This document shows, one piece after another, positions 60,401-64,000 of a stretch of 64,000 bases of DNA. Position numbers and translations under genes: made by a program. Below the pieces are notes generated by a model. It was not told the DNA's origin and did no database searches. It was given only the letters and a program-made list of their open reading frames with translations. The stretch comes from an uncultured Candidatus Saccharibacteria bacterium (GTDB taxonomy: Bacteria > Patescibacteriota > Andersenbacteria > UBA10190): assembly GCA_964371255.1 (NCBI GenBank), contig CAYJKV010000003.1, forward strand, positions 86,901 to 150,900, in the 5' to 3' direction. Numbering within the stretch: the stretch's first letter is position 1; each line of letters opens with the position of its first letter.

Positions 60401-61495
60401 TTGCGTGAGCGCGTATATAATACAAAGGTGCTGCTAGAAATTGTTATTCTAATCCTTGGTTTATCGCTCGGTTTAATAGTTGCCTGGCTGTCTTTACGAC
60501 GCCAACCGCCTGCTGATGCGAGTTTCCATCAATTAGAACAAACCTTGGCCGCCCGCTTAGACAGCGTTACTAAACATATTGAACAGCGATTATCAGATAA
60601 CGTTCATGCTATTAACGAATCGAAAAGCTTTATTACTAGTCAGTTGAATAATAGTGAACGGACTGCTCGTGACGTCAGTGCCGGTTTAGGCAAACTCGAA
60701 CTGGCGACCGCGGCGCTGCAGCGCACTAACCAGGAAATTTCCTCTTTCCAAAATATGCTCAAACACCCTAAGATCAGGGGCGGTTTTGGGGAGGTATTGT
60801 TAGCTAATCTGTTGGCCGACGTCTTGCCGCATGATCGCTATCATCTTCAATACACCTTTCCGGCGGCGGGGGATATAGCTGACGCCGTTATCTTATTGCA
60901 AGATGGCTACAAAGTAGCCGTCGACGCCAAATTCCCTCTAGCCAATTACCAATTAATGATCGCGGCTGAAGATCGTATCGAGAAAAAGAATATGCGGCGC
61001 GCCTTTTTCCGTGATATTAAAAAACACATTCATGACATCTCTACGAAATATATTGTTCCGCAGGCCAAAACCCTCGATTATGCCTTTATGTACATACCGG
61101 TCGAAGCTGTCTATTACGAAACCATGATCCATGAACATGCCGAAGAAACTCTCTGGGAATATTGCTTGCAGCATAAAGTTATTCCGGTTTCACCCAATAG
61201 CCTTTTAGCCTATCTGCAAACTGTCTTAATCGGCTTGCGGGGGATGAAAGTTGAACAGCAAGCCAAGGAAATCTTGGCACACTTGGGACAAATTCGCCAG
61301 GATTTTGGTCAATTCACCAAGGACTTCTCGATGATCGGCAGTCATTTAAACAACGCCAAAAATCGCTACGAAGATTCCGCTCGCCGTCTTGATAAGTTTA
61401 GTAACCGTCTCGAGCACATTGAGTCAGTCGGGGACAGTCCCTTACCCGCCAGATCGTCGCCATCATCCATTGAGCCTGGAAATCCAATTTCATAA
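60401..61495 (+). CDS. rmuC: DNA recombination protein RmuC
   Basis: N-terminal TM plus coiled coil. RmuC core LKHPKIRGGFGEVLLANLL...AVDAKFPL...FMYIPVEAVYYE. Confidence 0.8.
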   Translation: MRERVYNTKVLLEIVILILGLSLGLIVAWLSLRRQPPADASFHQLEQTLAARLDSVTKHIEQRLSDNVHAINESKSFITSQLNNSERTARDVSAGLGKLELATAALQRTNQEISSFQNMLKHPKIRGGFGEVLLANLLADVLPHDRYHLQYTFPAAGDIADAVILLQDGYKVAVDAKFPLANYQLMIAAEDRIEKKNMRRAFFRDIKKHIHDISTKYIVPQAKTLDYAFMYIPVEAVYYETMIHEHAEETLWEYCLQHKVIPVSPNSLLAYLQTVLIGLRGMKVEQQAKEILAHLGQIRQDFGQFTKDFSMIGSHLNNAKNRYEDSARRLDKFSNRLEHIESVGDSPLPARSSPSSIEPGNPIS

Positions 61496-61637
61496 TCAGA
61501 CAGACCAATTAAATTTATTCGGCTATGTTTGTCCGCCCATTTTGTACCATAAAATCAATTGACATACAGCTTGTCATGTATTAACCTGCATATCTGGCAA
61601 CAAAAGGATCGTACCTTCAGCATACGGAGTTCACGTC

Positions 61638-61964
61638 ATGTTAGAAGCTCTTGCTTCGCTCCTTGTCCTATTTATCGTTCTTTGCGGCTTGAGTGTTGTT
61701 GTGTCACCCATGATGGGTCGTCACCTTGATCCGTTTTTCCTGTCACGTCCTGTTGGACGATGGGCTATACGGCTTCCTGCCCGTACCTGTCGCGGCACGT
61801 CTCGGATTTTTAACCGATGGTCACGACAAGCCTGGCTTCATGGTAACCGCACACAGTCGCTGTTTCTGAAGATATTCCTTTACTTATCTTCGGCCACTCT
61901 TGGCACAATCGGTTTGCTGCTTACCATTCCAGCCGAACTCTTGGGCGACCTGCCTAAACTATAA
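61638..61964 (+). CDS. small two-TM membrane protein, hypothetical
   Basis: GGAG about 9 nt upstream of the ATG. Followed by a terminator-like hairpin plus T-run at about 61985-62010. Confidence 0.4.
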   Translation: MLEALASLLVLFIVLCGLSVVVSPMMGRHLDPFFLSRPVGRWAIRLPARTCRGTSRIFNRWSRQAWLHGNRTQSLFLKIFLYLSSATLGTIGLLLTIPAELLGDLPKL

Positions 61965-62539
61965 ACACCGCCATTCTCACCCCATAGCATTTTTGCCTTG
62001 GGGTTTTTATTATTTCGCCAAAATAAGCGCGCTCCGCGTAGCGGAGCCGCGCATTTTGAGCGAAAGAATAACCCTGCCTACCGGCACAGGCAGGCCCGTA
62101 ACAACATTGCCGTCCCTATTTAATTAGTGCTTTTCTTTAGTCAAAAACCATATTTAATTCTAGCGCCAGGCTTGCCTACCGGCAGGCAGGCGCGGGCTGA
62201 ATAAGCCCACCCCTTTGTGGGCGCAGCCTGGCGCCGTAATGAGCCTCGCAATGTTCGTTACTGGGGTAGGTCCATCGCCAAAAAGACTTGCTCCGCGAAG
62301 CGCAGTCGCATTTAGTGCCAAATCATCACCCTGCCGGAGCCCTCAGTTTGTCGCTTTTCGACTTGGCCCCAAGTAACTCTGCGCTTATCGAAGAGTTGAA
62401 GGGCGCAGTAGGGAATAGTTGTAATATTGAAACGTGTCGCCTTCGGCGTCCTTTTGCGTTCTGACTAAATCAATAATCCGCCTCTAGCGGACTGCCTGCT
62501 TCGAACGAAGCGCACTCTTTGGTTCTTGGCGTATTTCAC

Positions 62540-63166
62540 TCAGTATTGTCTCATCACCGCTCTGACAATCCCTTGTATCACCGGATTCTTTGAATAAAGC
62601 GGCTTCATTTTTTTATTGGCGGGCTGTAATCGAATTCTGGTCTTTTCCCGATAATATCGTTTCAGTGTCGCGTTCTCGTTATCCAGCAGCGCCACCACCA
62701 CATCGCCGTTCTGCGGATAAAAGTTTCTTTCAACTACAACATAATCCCCATCCAAAATACCATCCTCAATCATCGAATCGCCTTTTACTTTCAAGGCGTA
62801 ACAATTCAAGTGCGGTAATAACTCCATTGGCACTGCTAGCGCTTCCTTTTCTGCGATGGCTTCAATCGGTTGTCCCGCGGCAATTACTCCAACCAGCGGT
62901 AGCTCCACGCTCTTAGCGAATAATCTGGCTTTATCCGTCAACTCCACGGATCGCATCTGCCCGGCTCGCAAACTAATGTAACCCTTATGACGTAAAGCCT
63001 GCACATGATTATAAGCCGTGGCCGGGGACTTGATTCCCATATCTCGCATCACATCCCGATAGCTTGGGGCATAATTGTGCTTGGCTAGAAACTCTCGAAT
63101 CACCTCAAGCGCCTCGCTCTGTTTTTTGGTCAAATCGTTCTGAACCTTTTCTAAGTCCGCTTTCAT
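62540..63166 (-). CDS. lexA: LexA repressor (S24 peptidase)
   Basis: N-terminal wHTH (YAPSYRDVMRDMGIKSPATAYNHVQAL), Ala-Gly cleavage region, Ser-Lys dyad domain (GDSMIEDGILDGDYVVV...K). Start at MKADLEKV. The ORF track extends to a TTG at 63187. Confidence 0.85.
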   Translation of the reverse strand: MKADLEKVQNDLTKKQSEALEVIREFLAKHNYAPSYRDVMRDMGIKSPATAYNHVQALRHKGYISLRAGQMRSVELTDKARLFAKSVELPLVGVIAAGQPIEAIAEKEALAVPMELLPHLNCYALKVKGDSMIEDGILDGDYVVVERNFYPQNGDVVVALLDNENATLKRYYREKTRIRLQPANKKMKPLYSKNPVIQGIVRAVMRQY

Positions 63167-63278
63167 ATACGAACATAAGTATAACAAACAAAATAATAAA
63201 TACTAGACAGTTTTCCACTGCCCGTCTTGTTCATATTCATCGCCTTAACCCCGAATAAATTATGCTATCATTCAATGG

Positions 63279-64000
63279 ATGCCAATATCCATTTGTCCAA
63301 ACTATTTTCGTCTTTACTCAATTTTATCGGTCTTACTGATCGCCTTGATCCTCTGGCCGACCGGCTTGCCTGTCAGCGCCCAAGAGAATGATGTGCAGTC
63401 TTCACCCTCTCCTTCACCGTCACCGGCCGCCAACGACACCGCCTCCTCGGCTTTAGTCAAACTTCAGGAGAATCAGGCGCGCCTCCAGGCGAAACAGGCA
63501 GAACTGTCGAATTTGGATAAAAAAATCAAAGAATTATCCAATAAGCAATCCACCGCCTCAACCGAAGCAGAATTAGCGGCTGATCAGCTCGCGTTTATTA
63601 GCCAAGAATTACAGGCGGCGCAATTACAGTACGATCAGACGCTCCTTAGTATTACCGTGCTGAACCGGGACATATCTGAATCTGAGCAGGAAATTGATCG
63701 TCTGGAAGCAGCTACTGTTGATACCCGCCAAAAACTGCGTGACTCATTGCGCGCTTTATATCAGCATGACCAAACCTCCTTATTAGATGTGATCTTGGGC
63801 TCTACTAATCTAAGCGGTTTGATGACAGAGCGCCGTGCGTATCAGACCATTCAGCAGCGCGCTCTCCAATATGTGGTCGAGTTGCAACAACGGCAGCAAG
63901 CAGTCACCGAACACATCGCAGATCTGGAACAGCAACAGTTACAGATGCAGCAATTAAAAGAATTGCAAGCATATCAGCAGTCAGACCTTAACGAACAACA
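63279..64000 (+). CDS. secreted coiled-coil protein, 5' partial (N-terminal region resembling EnvC/M23-peptidase-family coiled coils)
   Basis: Signal peptide MPISICPNYFRLYSILSVLLIALILWPTGLPVSAQE, then a Q/L-rich coiled coil. Runs off the window end. Confidence 0.45.
   Translation, partial: MPISICPNYFRLYSILSVLLIALILWPTGLPVSAQENDVQSSPSPSPSPAANDTASSALVKLQENQARLQAKQAELSNLDKKIKELSNKQSTASTEAELAADQLAFISQELQAAQLQYDQTLLSITVLNRDISESEQEIDRLEAATVDTRQKLRDSLRALYQHDQTSLLDVILGSTNLSGLMTERRAYQTIQQRALQYVVELQQRQQAVTEHIADLEQQQLQMQQLKELQAYQQSDLNEQ

Noticed and set aside
62590-62916. 108-aa plus-strand ORF
   Set aside because: It is antisense to lexA.

Overview
Summary: this 64-kb window looks like a compact bacterial genome of about 50% GC with scrambled operon order. 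Many small secreted or membrane proteins, two sortases, a type IV pilin and an archaeal-type TyrRS point to a Patescibacteria/CPR-like organism, but that lineage call is inference only. Core genes seen: rplY, prmC-prfA, rpmE, rpsB-tsf, a complete F1Fo ATP synthase operon (atpBEFHAGDC on the minus strand), tyrS, rpmG, an ECF sigma factor, murB, mltG, rplJ-rplL, a Clp-like ATPase, the cell-division cluster mraZ-rsmH-ftsL-ftsI-murF, sodA, rmuC and lexA. Seven tRNAs are present: Tyr, Thr(TGT), Thr(GGT), Trp, Val, Glu and a class-I C1:G72 tRNA-Tyr. The accessory-looking segment (about 15.1-26.4 kb) carries purM-like, large purL, purN-like, a stand-alone YcaO-domain protein bracketed by two copies of a MITE-like inverted-repeat element, a high-GC ORF of unknown function, duplicated conserved non-coding boxes, and ends at a tRNA pair. 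Other notable items are (i) a tandem array of four copies of the tRNA-Glu 3' terminus spaced about 195 bp apart with hairpin-rich, co-varying units, (ii) a dispersed GC-rich palindrome family (CCTGCCTGCCGGCAGGCAGG-like), (iii) a histone-fold (HBb/DUF1931-like) protein, and (iv) a Mur ligase with a degenerate P-loop. Coordinates I derived by hand-counting may be off by 1-2 nt. Sequence similarities are recalled from memory of family signatures, not from a database search.
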